Origin: an uncultured delta proteobacterium
GTDB taxonomy: Bacteria > Desulfobacterota > Desulfobacteria > Desulfobacterales > JAFDCJ01
Direction of reading: 5' to 3'
Assembly (NCBI GenBank): GCA_963769935.1
Contig: CAVYNY010000022.1
Location: forward strand, 160,001-224,000
Length of the DNA: 64,000 bases
Numbering within the stretch: the first letter of the stretch is position 1; each line of letters opens with the position of its first letter. The position numbers were made by a program, and so were the translations under genes. Below are positions 1-9,172 of the stretch, in pieces. A model generated the notes under the pieces. The model had not been told where the DNA came from and ran no database searches. It saw nothing but the letters and a program-made list of their open reading frames with translations.

Positions 1-246
1 CGGCGACGGATACGGATGTTATTTGAAGAATGACTCATTTTTCTAAGATATCCTGGTTGATGACTTCGGCGAATATGACAAAAAAATATCAGGCTGTCAA
101 GTTCGAAATTGTTGGTTGCTCAAGATAATCTCAATTGCAGTCATATACCTGAATTTTTAAACACCGGACATCGCTCGAAGTCGATCCCGACAATCAAACT
201 TCGAACGTTGAAATTGAGATTGACGTGCAAAATTCAGGTATGATTA

Positions 247-267
247 TGGTGCCGAAGGCCGGATTTG
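247..267 (-). mobile_element. att-like site: 21-bp copy of a tRNA-Leu 3' end
   Basis: Minus strand reads CAAATCCGGCCTTCGGCACCA (T-arm, acceptor stem and CCA). Near-identical copy at 5047-5067. Confidence 0.8.
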
Positions 268-308
268 CCAGATAGTTAATGATTACATCAAGTTATTTAA
301 TTATAAAT

Positions 309-336
309 GAGTTTATGCGAGTTTAAGCGAGTTTTT
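309..336. repeat. Three tandem 10-bp-period GAGTTT repeats next to the att site (possible integrase arm-type sites)
   Basis: gagtttatgc gagtttaagc gagttttt. Confidence 0.45.
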
Positions 337-382
337 GTACGCTTCTGGCGGCATAATCGCATATTAAACGCATATTGAAGGA

Positions 383-601
383 TCAAGCAGCAATGGTTTG
401 CTTTTCGGTAGGTAACTTGGTTAAAATTAGCTCTTTTAGATCCATTTTACTGGAGGCATTATCGATGTCGATACCAACCAGGTTATTTTCATCATCATAG
501 TCGAGCACGACGCCTGGCGACACCTCTCTGCTTTCCGAACTCTCCTTGGCTGATAAATCAATATACATTGAATCTGTTTCTGGATAATATGATATTCTCA
601 T
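383..601 (-). CDS. DUF2283-family putative antitoxin
   Basis: MRISYYPETDSMYIDL...ESREVSPGVVLDYD...LVGIDID is the typical DUF2283 pattern. Its start overlaps the upstream stop (ATGA). Confidence 0.85.
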   Translation of the reverse strand: MRISYYPETDSMYIDLSAKESSESREVSPGVVLDYDDENNLVGIDIDNASSKMDLKELILTKLPTEKQTIAA

Positions 602-777
602 GGTTTAAATCCCCTATCTGGAAATGCATTATGGATGGTGATTTTGTCTTCCAGAGTAACGACACGAAGAAATCGACCATCAAGTTCTTCAATGGCAGCC
701 CAGAACCTGTATCTATTATGCTCCTGTTTCTCAAACCTTATCGGGTTTTTTACGAATGGTTTCGTATCCAATTTCAA
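598..777 (-). pseudogene. Toxin-like partner of DUF2283, apparently 5'-truncated (not in ORF track)
   Basis: Manual translation ...VKNPIRFEKQEHNRYRFWAAIEELDGRFLRVVTLEDKITIHNAFPDRGFKP*. Only a TTG start is available and the N-terminus looks short. Confidence 0.7.
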
Positions 778-942
778 TTTGACACTCTATACAAAATATG
801 CAACATTATCAATGAATTAATCATATTGGCAAAAACCCTTTTGAGTTGGAATCCAACGGAGGGATAATGACCAGAATGAAAACCTCTGCTTGATGTATAT
901 TATGCAGGGGTTTTTTTGTTTTCTTGATTGAGATAGATCAAA

Positions 943-1602
943 ATGAGCAATGGTAAAAGCGATCAGAACAATCATCCAATATTGGAACAACAGTCCTTTG
1001 ATAAGGCTCAAGGTCAGCTACGTCACATTTCCATTGAAGAATTGAAACAGATTCTTAGGGAACATATGAGATGGCTAAAGTCTAAGGGGAAAGAAGGAAA
1101 AAGGGCTGATTTACATTTATCAAATTTGAAAGCACTAAACCTTAAAAAGGCTATACTTGCATATGCCGAACTGACTCAGTCAGACCTTGTTGGAGCTAAC
1201 CTTCAACAGGCCAACCTTATAAGAACAAATCTGAAACAATCTAACCTATGCCAAGCTGATTTAGGAATGGCAAATCTTTCTAGAGCAAATATAGAAAGTG
1301 CCGAAATCATAGGAAGTATCTTCACAAATTCCAATCTTACCGAAACAAATTTAAAAAATAGTAGTTGCAGGGGTTCTGATTTTGATGGTGCCATCCTTGT
1401 TAAAGCCAACCTACAGGGTGCCGATCTTTTGTCAGCATTTTTTGAGGAAGCTGTTCTTAGAGATGCCAATCTTAAAGGAGCAAAAAATATAGCTATCGAA
1501 CAATTACAAGGAGCAAAAACTCTCTACCAAGCCAAATTAGACCCTGAACTTATGGAACAAGTGAAAAAGAGCTGTCCTTTCCTATTAAGAGAGTCGATAT
1601 AG
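943..1602 (+). CDS. Pentapeptide repeat protein
   Basis: ILREHMRWLKSKGKEGKRADL followed by many A(D/N)Lxx repeats. Confidence 0.9.
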   Translation: MSNGKSDQNNHPILEQQSFDKAQGQLRHISIEELKQILREHMRWLKSKGKEGKRADLHLSNLKALNLKKAILAYAELTQSDLVGANLQQANLIRTNLKQSNLCQADLGMANLSRANIESAEIIGSIFTNSNLTETNLKNSSCRGSDFDGAILVKANLQGADLLSAFFEEAVLRDANLKGAKNIAIEQLQGAKTLYQAKLDPELMEQVKKSCPFLLRESI

Positions 1603-1718
1603 AAAGCAGAAAATACAAAACAAAGCATCCATTACATTGACGGGTGATGAAATTATCAATTATGTATTGGGAATCCTATGTATCCTATATCCCTTTGTTA
1701 CGTGAACAATAGGGGTTT

Positions 1719-2030
1719 TCATAGTTTTGATTTGAGTCGATAAATAGCTTTCGATGTTAGCACATGATTGCCTTCAATGATTTGCTGAATAGCTGGAGTC
1801 ACCCTGCCATACAAATCCATTAACTCTACCAGTAAAACAGTTTCAGAGATATCTTCCCACTTTTCGCTATCGTGACATTTACGCTCATACTGGTGCAGGT
1901 ATAACATCATATCATTCAATCCGATCTCTGAGGAATTTCTATTATATATGTTGGTATGATTTTGATAATTGAGTGATAACAAATTTTCTTCCTTTTTTTT
2001 ATCTGAATAAATCAATCTTTTTGAATTCAA
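1719..2030 (-). CDS. Hypothetical protein
   Basis: 103-aa ORF in AT-rich DNA with protein-like composition. No family recognised. Confidence 0.5.
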   Translation of the reverse strand: MNSKRLIYSDKKKEENLLSLNYQNHTNIYNRNSSEIGLNDMMLYLHQYERKCHDSEKWEDISETVLLVELMDLYGRVTPAIQQIIEGNHVLTSKAIYRLKSKL

Positions 2031-3026
2031 TACCTGCTTTTTATTGGCTTTATAAGGGGAATCTTGAGTACATTATACAGCACGTTTCAGGTATCATAAT
2101 TATTATTGGGAAGATATTAATTGAATGAATAGAGATATAAAGAAATGACGTACCTATGCAGATATAATAATTGGTCTAATTAGAAGACAATTGTTAATCA
2201 CTACAGTACGCATTTAGTTTCTAATAATTTTTCAAAGGTCTTGTCTGGACAGTACTTCTGCCTTGCGGACTTGTTAATTTTGTTGAATTATTACGATGAA
2301 AACTTAAACCTTCATCAGTTATAAGGGTAAAATATTGCGAATTTATTTTTAAGATTTTAATCAAGTGATGATCTTTTAAATTAAGAATGACGTTCTCATC
2401 GGAATTCCTTTCTTTGAGATTCGACATGGGATAGTATGGATTTAATCTCAAAAACGTCAAGATAGCCATTCATATTTTATTTGCACTCATGCCAGTATTT
2501 TATTCAAAAGTTATCGGATAAAATTCTCATTATTCAATATTTTATAAAGTAGCGTATCTTAGCTGTCGTGGCCCACATTAGTTATCGGCAATATATAGGA
2601 TATCTTGAACGTATTTTATAGAGTTCATACGTAGTATCTTTTTAATTGAAATATTAAATGCAAAAAAAATGGGGATGATTGATTACATAATTTGTAACAA
2701 AAAATACACACCGTTTAAAATTCTTCTAATTTACTGGATGCATTTTTCCAAAACAGGAACCCGCTACTTAGATAGACCAAATTATTCCACACGCATATTC
2801 ACTTTTGGTATGGAAAATCACTTTCGGAATTTTTGATGGGTTCCGATATTCAGCAGGAAAAACGGAAATCGGTGTGGAGAATCATTTCAATATCGGGTGG
2901 TTCCACCCGAAGAATTCGATTGATTTAAGGTTTTGATTTAGATATTGGCTTGTGATATATTAGAAAGATCAAAGCCTGTATAATTGCCATCTCATAAATC
3001 AAGTTCCAAAGGATAACTGAATAACT

Positions 3027-3284
3027 ATGAAAAAGGAAATCAATAAACGTGAAGACCTGATTGGCAGGGAAATCATTTATAACAATAAATTAATCCTGAT
3101 CTCTGAAGCATGGGAGCGGACATACAAAAACCCCAATGTTAAAGATTGGCATGGTAAAATAATATATAGCCTTTCAGGTTATCATGATATTCAAAGGGGT
3201 AAAAAGGGTGAGAGCAAGGGGAAATATATCAAATTTGATGTTTTAAAAGAGAAAGTCGAATTTGCCTATAGAGAGACTCCGTAA
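3027..3284 (+). CDS. Hypothetical protein
   Basis: 85-aa ORF with ATG start and AAGGA upstream. No family recognised. Confidence 0.45.
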   Translation: MKKEINKREDLIGREIIYNNKLILISEAWERTYKNPNVKDWHGKIIYSLSGYHDIQRGKKGESKGKYIKFDVLKEKVEFAYRETP

Positions 3285-3613
3285 AGAAGATCATCTGAAA
3301 AAAAAGACTCCGAAATGAAATCAAAATTAATCTATCATCAAATTTTCCATAGTTCTCATAATGGAATTTTAAATCTGAATTTTTAATAAGTTATTTAACT
3401 TTTGAACCGTCAATTGAGAGAATTCTGATTTTGGAATCAGAATTACAGTACTTCTACCTCATGTCATTGCAGTTCCTCATCCAACAGGTATGCTTCACCG
3501 GTATTTCAGATCAAGAAAACATTCAATTAAAACAGGATGCAGGGGGTGTAGAAAACTGAGATTCAGTTTGGTAATATTAAATATGGGGGTAAGATGAATT
3601 AGGAGTGAGAAAA

Positions 3614-3914
3614 ATGCCTATGGGAAAAGAACGAAGGGAATATGAACGGTTTCCATGCGAAACCCCAATTCTGCACGGAAAACTAGTCCCCCGATGATTT
3701 CTACAAAGGCACCATCTACAACTTCAGCAAAAGGGGATTATATTTCGAATCTGACGGAGATCTTTTAGAAGGGCATGAAGTATCAATATCAATTATTCCA
3801 CCAAAACATCAACTTACAGAGAAGTCCCATCAATATTTTGATGTCGAAATCATATGGTGCCAAAAACTATCAGGTTCATATTACCAAGTTGGCTACGGAG
3901 CAAGGTTAATCTAA
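3614..3914 (+). pseudogene. PilZ-domain protein with one frameshift (not in ORF track)
   Basis: MPMGKERREYERFPCETPI (RxxxR motif), then after an indel near 3680 DDFYKGTIYNFSKRGLYFES...FDVEIIWC...GYGARLI* (NxSxxG motif). AGGAG RBS at 3601. Confidence 0.75.
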
Positions 3915-4078
3915 AAATACTTTGATATACTTTTCAGAGCAGGGCATATCCAAAATCAAGAAAACAATCACAGGAAACAGGGTAAAATCCAAAGAGCCGA
4001 TAAAGGGGTTTATGTCGGTGTGAAACAAGATTAGATCCAGACACTAACATTCCGGATATTCAATAGCGGGGATTTAAT

Positions 4079-4360
4079 ATGGCTCTGACCAAAATCCAAA
4101 TTGTCAATTCAATTGCCGATCAGATAGGCTATACCAAGAATCAAGCATCAGAAATGGTTGAAACTATCCTTGAGATCATTAAAAAAGCCCTTGAATCCGG
4201 TGAAAATGTCATGATCAGCAGCTTTGGCAAATTCTGTGTCAAGGAAAAGAGGGCAAGAAGGGGGAGGAATCCTGCAACAGGTGAGGAAATGATGCTGAGA
4301 CCAAGGAAGGTTGTCAACTTCAGGTGGTCGGGTATTCGTCGCCTCCGGTCCACCTTCTAA
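4079..4360 (+). CDS. ihfA: Integration host factor alpha-like DNA-bending protein (paralogue, last residues atypical)
   Basis: MALTK...ISSFGKFCVKEKRARRGRNPATGE, the IHF/HU signature. Confidence 0.85.
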   Translation: MALTKIQIVNSIADQIGYTKNQASEMVETILEIIKKALESGENVMISSFGKFCVKEKRARRGRNPATGEEMMLRPRKVVNFRWSGIRRLRSTF

Positions 4361-4453
4361 GACCCGAAAAGAGAGTGGTGACAGCACAACTTTCCCGCTC
4401 CGAAGCAGGCCGATCATTTCTTTTTGGTTTGGTATTTTCCTATTGTTAGCCAT
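4335..4453 (-). pseudogene. 5' fragment of a gene (resembles the N-terminus of AbiEi-type antitoxin-like proteins), broken at the ihfA 3' end
   Basis: MANNRKIPNQKEMIGLLRSGKVVLSPLSFRVLEGGPEA. Resemblance from memory only. Confidence 0.35.
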
Positions 4454-4589
4454 TTTCCGGTTCAAGAAAACAACCCAATTTAGGAAAATATGCAAGCCAA
4501 ATATATTTTCTTAGGCCAAAATGTCACTTTGTCATGCCTTTTATCATTATTTTTTTCAGCGATCATTTAGGCCGTGGCAACCGTTTGAA

Positions 4590-4715
4590 TTAAACCGCTT
4601 CCACCGCCGTGTCGAGACCGATTTTGTTGCGGAACTTGAAGCAGTCGGCAAGGGTTTTCTCAGGGCTGTAGATGCGTATATCCACACCGTCGAGCTTATG
4701 GGTATCCACACCTGC
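4590..4715 (-). pseudogene. Type IV toxin-antitoxin AbiEi antitoxin C-terminal fragment
   Basis: Manual translation AGVDTHKLDGVDIRIYSPEKTLADCFKFRNKIGLDTAVEAV*. Confidence 0.8.
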
Positions 4716-4952
4716 CGCAATTTAAAGGTCGAGGGTGTGGACCTTTTCGGGGGCACACGCCATAGCACGGCAACAGCCCTGGGCGAGCACTTTTTCCGCC
4801 AGGAGATTATGACTGCCGGCTCAATGCACAAGACGAACAAGGCTGCGCTGCTTTATATAGAGGCGGAAAAAAATAAGAGTATCCTGGTTTATCAAAAAGT
4901 CCGGGAGATGGAGGGGAATGTTGTACAAAGCGGGAAGCAGAAGACAGGATGA
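4713..4952 (+). pseudogene. Tyrosine recombinase/integrase C-terminal remnant
   Basis: CRNLKVEGVDLFGGTRHSTATAL...MHKTNKAALLY: box II RHS, H and catalytic-Tyr region. Lies beside a tRNA-derived att site. Confidence 0.7.
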
Positions 4953-4974
4953 GAGTAAAGTTTTGTGCAATTAT

Positions 4975-4996
4975 TTTGTCACACATTTGTCACACA
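4975..4996. repeat. Perfect tandem 11-mer TTTGTCACACA x2 (possible arm-type site)
   Basis: Directly visible between the integrase remnant and the att site. Confidence 0.6.
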
Positions 4997-5004
4997 TAAA
5001 TAAG

Positions 5005-5025
5005 GGGTTGCCGATAAAGCAACCC
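5005..5025. terminator. Hairpin, possible terminator
   Basis: GGGTTGC-cgataaa-GCAACCC flanked by A/T runs. Confidence 0.5.
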
Positions 5026-5046
5026 ATTTTAATTATTAATGAATTT

Positions 5047-5080
5047 TGGTTCCGAAGGCCGGATTTAAACCGGCACGGGC
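5047..5080 (-). mobile_element. Degenerate tRNA-Leu 3' fragment / att site
   Basis: Minus strand GCCCGTGCCGGTTTAAATCCGGCCTTCGGAACCA. No 5' half of a tRNA upstream. Confidence 0.75.
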
Positions 5081-5162
5081 GCGTTCCTTTTAAGGATGAA
5101 AAATTTTAATTTCAAGAGTCATTGGCTGCAAGGATTTGATAAGTTGAGATTTACTAGAAAAT

Positions 5163-5399
5163 TCAGGTATGATTTTTATAAATTTCGATGGATCGTTTTT
5201 TATTATGGACCAGATTCAATAAACCTGATTGCCCGCTGCATTTCTCATGGAACTCCTGGGTCTTTTCCTGCCTGACGACCTGCCCGAGTTTTTCGATTTC
5301 CGCTGCAAGCGTGCCGCAGCCTGACCCTTTAATACCTTTGATGGTGGATTGTATGTTCCCGTCGCGATCGATCACAAAATGAATTTCCTTGCGTTGCAT
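5163..5399 (-). CDS. DUF2997-family protein
   Basis: KEIHFVIDRDGNIQSTIKGIKGSGC...IEKLGQVVRQEKTQEF. Adjacent to DUF1257. Confidence 0.85.
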   Translation of the reverse strand: MQRKEIHFVIDRDGNIQSTIKGIKGSGCGTLAAEIEKLGQVVRQEKTQEFHEKCSGQSGLLNLVHNKKRSIEIYKNHT

Positions 5400-5405
5400 T
5401 TCGGT

Positions 5406-5777
5406 TTACCTCCATGCTCTGGCCACCAGTTTAATGGCGCCGTCTTCAAGCGTTTCAATCGATGCCAGATTGTAGCGCAGCTCGGCCACCTTTTTTTTGA
5501 CCGTTTCAAGGCTGTACTGCTGCCTGAGTCTTTGTTGAAACCCATGGTCTTTGATGATGCGCCAATCGCTGTCGCCCACCATGTTGATTTCACCATTTTT
5601 GTGCCGGACAAATTGAACCCGCTGCGCATGGATATCAGCGAAGGCCAGTACATTGCGTCCTCTCTTTTTGTGCTTGGCATTCGGGCGAATGGATTCAATT
5701 CCCATCTCATGCAACGCGCTCAGTAAAATTTCCAAATCCGTGATGCCTTTCATCGCAATGTGTACGGTCATTGACAT
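5406..5777 (-). CDS. DUF1257 (Ycf35-like) protein
   Basis: ITDLEILLSALHEMG...MVGDSDW...LRQQYS...LEDGAIKLVARAW. AGGAGG RBS. Confidence 0.85.
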   Translation of the reverse strand: MSMTVHIAMKGITDLEILLSALHEMGIESIRPNAKHKKRGRNVLAFADIHAQRVQFVRHKNGEINMVGDSDWRIIKDHGFQQRLRQQYSLETVKKKVAELRYNLASIETLEDGAIKLVARAWR

Positions 5778-5789
5778 GAGTATTCCTCC

Positions 5790-6002
5790 TTATCCGCAAT
5801 AAAGTTGTCCCGAAATGACTTTAACCGGAAACGGTTCAGGGTTGATTTCCTCCCATATGGCCAGGATCAATTGGGAAGCCGCCGGTGAAATCCATGGGAT
5901 TTCAACACTTCCATCGGGATGAATTATCAGCTCCTGCGTCACCACGGCCTGTGAATCTGATTCTCTTAAAACAATGTCATTTGAGAGTTTGTTTTGCGAC
6001 AT
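5790..6002 (-). CDS. Small hypothetical protein ending in LYCG (start uncertain)
   Basis: ELIIHPDGSVEIPWISP...GQLYCG*. Fills the gap in a tightly packed operon, with its stop directly before the next RBS. Confidence 0.6.
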   Translation of the reverse strand: MSQNKLSNDIVLRESDSQAVVTQELIIHPDGSVEIPWISPAASQLILAIWEEINPEPFPVKVISGQLYCG

Positions 6003-7201
6003 GTGTGACACATTCCTTCCTCGATGTGACTCAAACAAAAATTGCGGTTGCAGTGAATGCAGTATTCGAGACAGCTATAACAAGTTTTTTGTCCGCAGAA
6101 TGTACATGATTCGGTCTTGCCCACCGGAAAACTCTCATGGCAGCCGATACAAAAAACGGTATGGTTGCGGCAGGAAATATCCCCTTTGGAATTGACCGCG
6201 ACGTGGTTGTTGCACCAGATTATGGTTTCTCCGCATTGATCGCAGTATCTGATGCAATTTGGACAGATGCGGCAGCCTTGTTTGCACTGAACCTGATGGT
6301 CGCGGCACACCAGCTGCCGGCACGACTCGCAATACAGGGCGTGTTCATTGCATACGGTGCGATTGCAGATTGAGCAGATATGGTTGTTTAAAACATGCCG
6401 GTCGACGATCTCGGCGCCGCATATATCACAAAGGGCGTAACAGGTTTCACAAACCAGCATATTTGAATCAGAAATGCCGAAGGACCAGGTTTCGCCGTCG
6501 CAGATATCACACCGCACCGGCGAGATGAGGCTGCCGTCATGGAGGTTGAGCACGGCCGCCACTTCTTTTGAATTACCGTTTCGTTGCAGCAGCCAAGTCA
6601 ATTTTTGAACCGGCGCCGAAATTGTCTCTACCGCAATTAAATCAATCGTTGCTTTTACCTGCGTGTATTGAATCTCCTCCCTAACCCGGCGCCTGTATTC
6701 CGCCTCCATGGCACGGGTCTCGGCCCTGTCAACACCGGCCGCATCCGACCCGAGTTGACGGTAGTATGTACCCAGCCTTTCGAGCGCCGGATACATATTT
6801 TTTAATGTTTTCTGTTGCAAATCCACGGCCTTTTCAACGATCAAATTCTCGGCAAAGCGAAAGCCGGCTTCGATAATCTGCTTGAACCGGTACAGTTTAA
6901 GGGGAGGTTTTTCCACCCACCGGATTTTTTTGTCCGCTGGGGTGATACGCTCTATTCGACGGGGTTGACGATCCGCCGGGATTTCGACGCCTTCGAGGAT
7001 TTCGACCACGTCGTCACCGATTAAGGTGATTTTCAACCAGATGCGTACGATGTCGTTCCATCCACGCCGGCATGAAAATTTTCTTTTCGAATCCCCGAAT
7101 ATCCTATATTTATCTTTTAGCATTTTCCCGGAATTCGCATAACGTGTCGGGAGTATACCATGGCGCGCTGAACCGGCAGGCACTGATTTCCGTGCTTTCA
7201 T
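5966..7201 (-). CDS. SNF2-associated protein with C-terminal multi-Cys/His zinc-finger array (YqhG-like position)
   Basis: Start overlaps the helicase stop (ATGA). The C-terminal ~170 aa carry repeated CxxC and CxxH motifs. Confidence 0.75.
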   Translation of the reverse strand: MKARKSVPAGSARHGILPTRYANSGKMLKDKYRIFGDSKRKFSCRRGWNDIVRIWLKITLIGDDVVEILEGVEIPADRQPRRIERITPADKKIRWVEKPPLKLYRFKQIIEAGFRFAENLIVEKAVDLQQKTLKNMYPALERLGTYYRQLGSDAAGVDRAETRAMEAEYRRRVREEIQYTQVKATIDLIAVETISAPVQKLTWLLQRNGNSKEVAAVLNLHDGSLISPVRCDICDGETWSFGISDSNMLVCETCYALCDICGAEIVDRHVLNNHICSICNRTVCNEHALYCESCRQLVCRDHQVQCKQGCRICPNCIRYCDQCGETIIWCNNHVAVNSKGDISCRNHTVFCIGCHESFPVGKTESCTFCGQKTCYSCLEYCIHCNRNFCLSHIEEGMCHTCRKTNSQMTLF

Positions 7202-9172
7202 GCTTCGGCTCCAATCCGGTTGACGATGGATTTAAAGCGTTGATTGCGATCGTAACAGGATCGCGCATTGATCGCATCAACGGACAGTTTGCCAAAGGCA
7301 ACCTCTAAATTCCGGCGCGACAAATTAGACAGCAAAACATTGGCGATGCGCTGTTCAAACGATCGACCGGACGGCATATGTCCTAGAATTTCATTTACCG
7401 CGCCAATCACCAATTCAAACATTCGCAGCTTTTTGGCCAGAATGTCCACGACGTATTCTTCGATGGTGCCCCGGCAGACCAGGTTGAATATAACCACCTC
7501 ATCCTGGGGCTGGCCGAAACGATCGATTCTGCCGATACGCTGCTCGATTCGTTGCGGGTTCCACGGCAAATCAAAATTGATCATGTGATGGCAGCACTGT
7601 AAGTTTAAGCCGACGCCGCCGGTTTCGGTTGAAATCAGCACGGCGGAATCCGTGCGTCCGAATCCGGCTAAGATTTCCGATCGCTGTGCGGGATTGACAT
7701 GGCCGGTCAGACGGAAGACCGGCAGCCCCAGGCAGGATATAAATTTTGTCAGACAGCCCACGCTGGTCAAAAACTCCGAAAAAATCACAAATTTTTCGCC
7801 CTGGTAGTGGACTCAGAATCTGTTTCAATGTCTGAAATTTGGACGGCAGCGTTATGCTGCCGGCGAGGTCCGCGTAGTTCAACAGGCGCGCAACCGTGGC
7901 TGGCGGATAATTCGGCCGGCGGGCGATTCGAATTAAGGTTTGGCGCACGGCTTGAGGGGTCGACATCAACTCTCTTTGCAGAGTGATCAGGCTGAGCATG
8001 TGCGTGGTCATGCCCGATTCACGCAAAACTTCATTTTTGTATTCTCCATGGACGTATCCGGTCACGGATTCATATAAACGGCTTTCGACGGCAGACGGGG
8101 TGATATGGTAAATCCCAACGCGCCGGCGCGGAAATTTTACCTTGCAGGTATCCCGGCGATTGCGGATCATAACATCCGCCAAAGCCTCTTTTAATTCAGC
8201 TTCTGTTCCGCCCACGATCTCGCGGGGACTGCCGTGCGAAACAAACCTGCGCTTAAATGTCCGAACGGTTCCCAACCGGCCGGGCTGGATAAGGTCGACA
8301 ATGGAATAAAGTTCGTCCAGTGTATTATGAATCGGCGTGGCAGACAGGGCCAGGATGAAGCGCCTTCTTATTTTTTTTACAAATTTATACAGGGTGGTGC
8401 TGCGGTGTTTCAGGCGGTGGGCTTCATCCAATACCAGAATATCCCACCGCCGGTTTAGCAGGCACGGGCGCCTTTTGGCCAGATCATAGGATACAATCAA
8501 TTTCTGCTGATTTTCTCCCAGTTCATCAGCTGAGAATAGTTGAAAATTTTCATTAAACTTATGCTGAAGTTCCGCCTGCCATTGTCGGCACAGCCCTGCC
8601 GGCACTATAACCAGGACATGCTTTGCCAGCCGTCTAATTAACAGTTCCTTGATTAAAATTCCCGCCTCGATGGTTTTGCCCAATCCCACTTCGTCGGCCA
8701 GCAGCGCCCGTCCGTGCATTTTTTTTAAAACGGTAAATGCCGTCTTAATCTGGTGCTCCAATTGTTCGATGTTTGAGGCCGTATCAAGACCAATAAGACG
8801 TTCAAATCCATTTTGGAGGTCAGACTGTTGGGCTCGGAGATGGCGCTCAAACAGATGGGGATCCTTCCCGTTTCTCCGGTAAAACAGCTTTATATCGCCG
8901 CAATTGCTTTCTATGCGAACTTCCGGCAGATTTATGCCAACAGTATTTAGCAAGAGATTGATCTCATGGGATAAATCCCAGCGGATGCCGCAGCGCCAGC
9001 ACTCTCTGACGCCGCATTCACCGGACAGGGTTTCAAAGCGTTCGACACTGTCCAGCCAGCCGCATTCCGGGCACGTCCTGGCGGCGAAGGCCGTTTTGGG
9101 TTTTTGGCCTGCCTGATCAATATCCGTCTGTTGCGGGATCGTTATCCATTCAAACCGACCGGATCTTACCAC
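7198..9172 (-). CDS. SNF2/RapA(YqhH)-like helicase with N-terminal Zn ribbon, one frameshift near 7808
   Basis: LLADEVGLGKT, DEAH, SATP, GGVGLNLQ, FDLPWNPQRIEQRIGRIDRFGQ. Removing one C joins ORFs 7571-9172 and 7198-7788 as LSHYQGEKFVIFSEF. Confidence 0.9.

Noticed and set aside
1..38. Start of a minus-strand gene (MSHSSNNIRIRR) leaving the window
   Set aside because: Too short to identify or confirm.
2780..2912. TTCCACAC/GTGTGGA-like motifs as element ends
   Set aside because: Too short and imperfect to support a call.
5047..5135. Intact tRNA-Leu gene
   Set aside because: Only the 3' 34 nt match. There is no 5' acceptor strand or D-arm, and the T-loop and acceptor carry substitutions.
7790..7815. 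Programmed frameshift in the SNF2 gene
   Set aside because: No slippery heptamer at the inferred site, and similar indels occur throughout the window.
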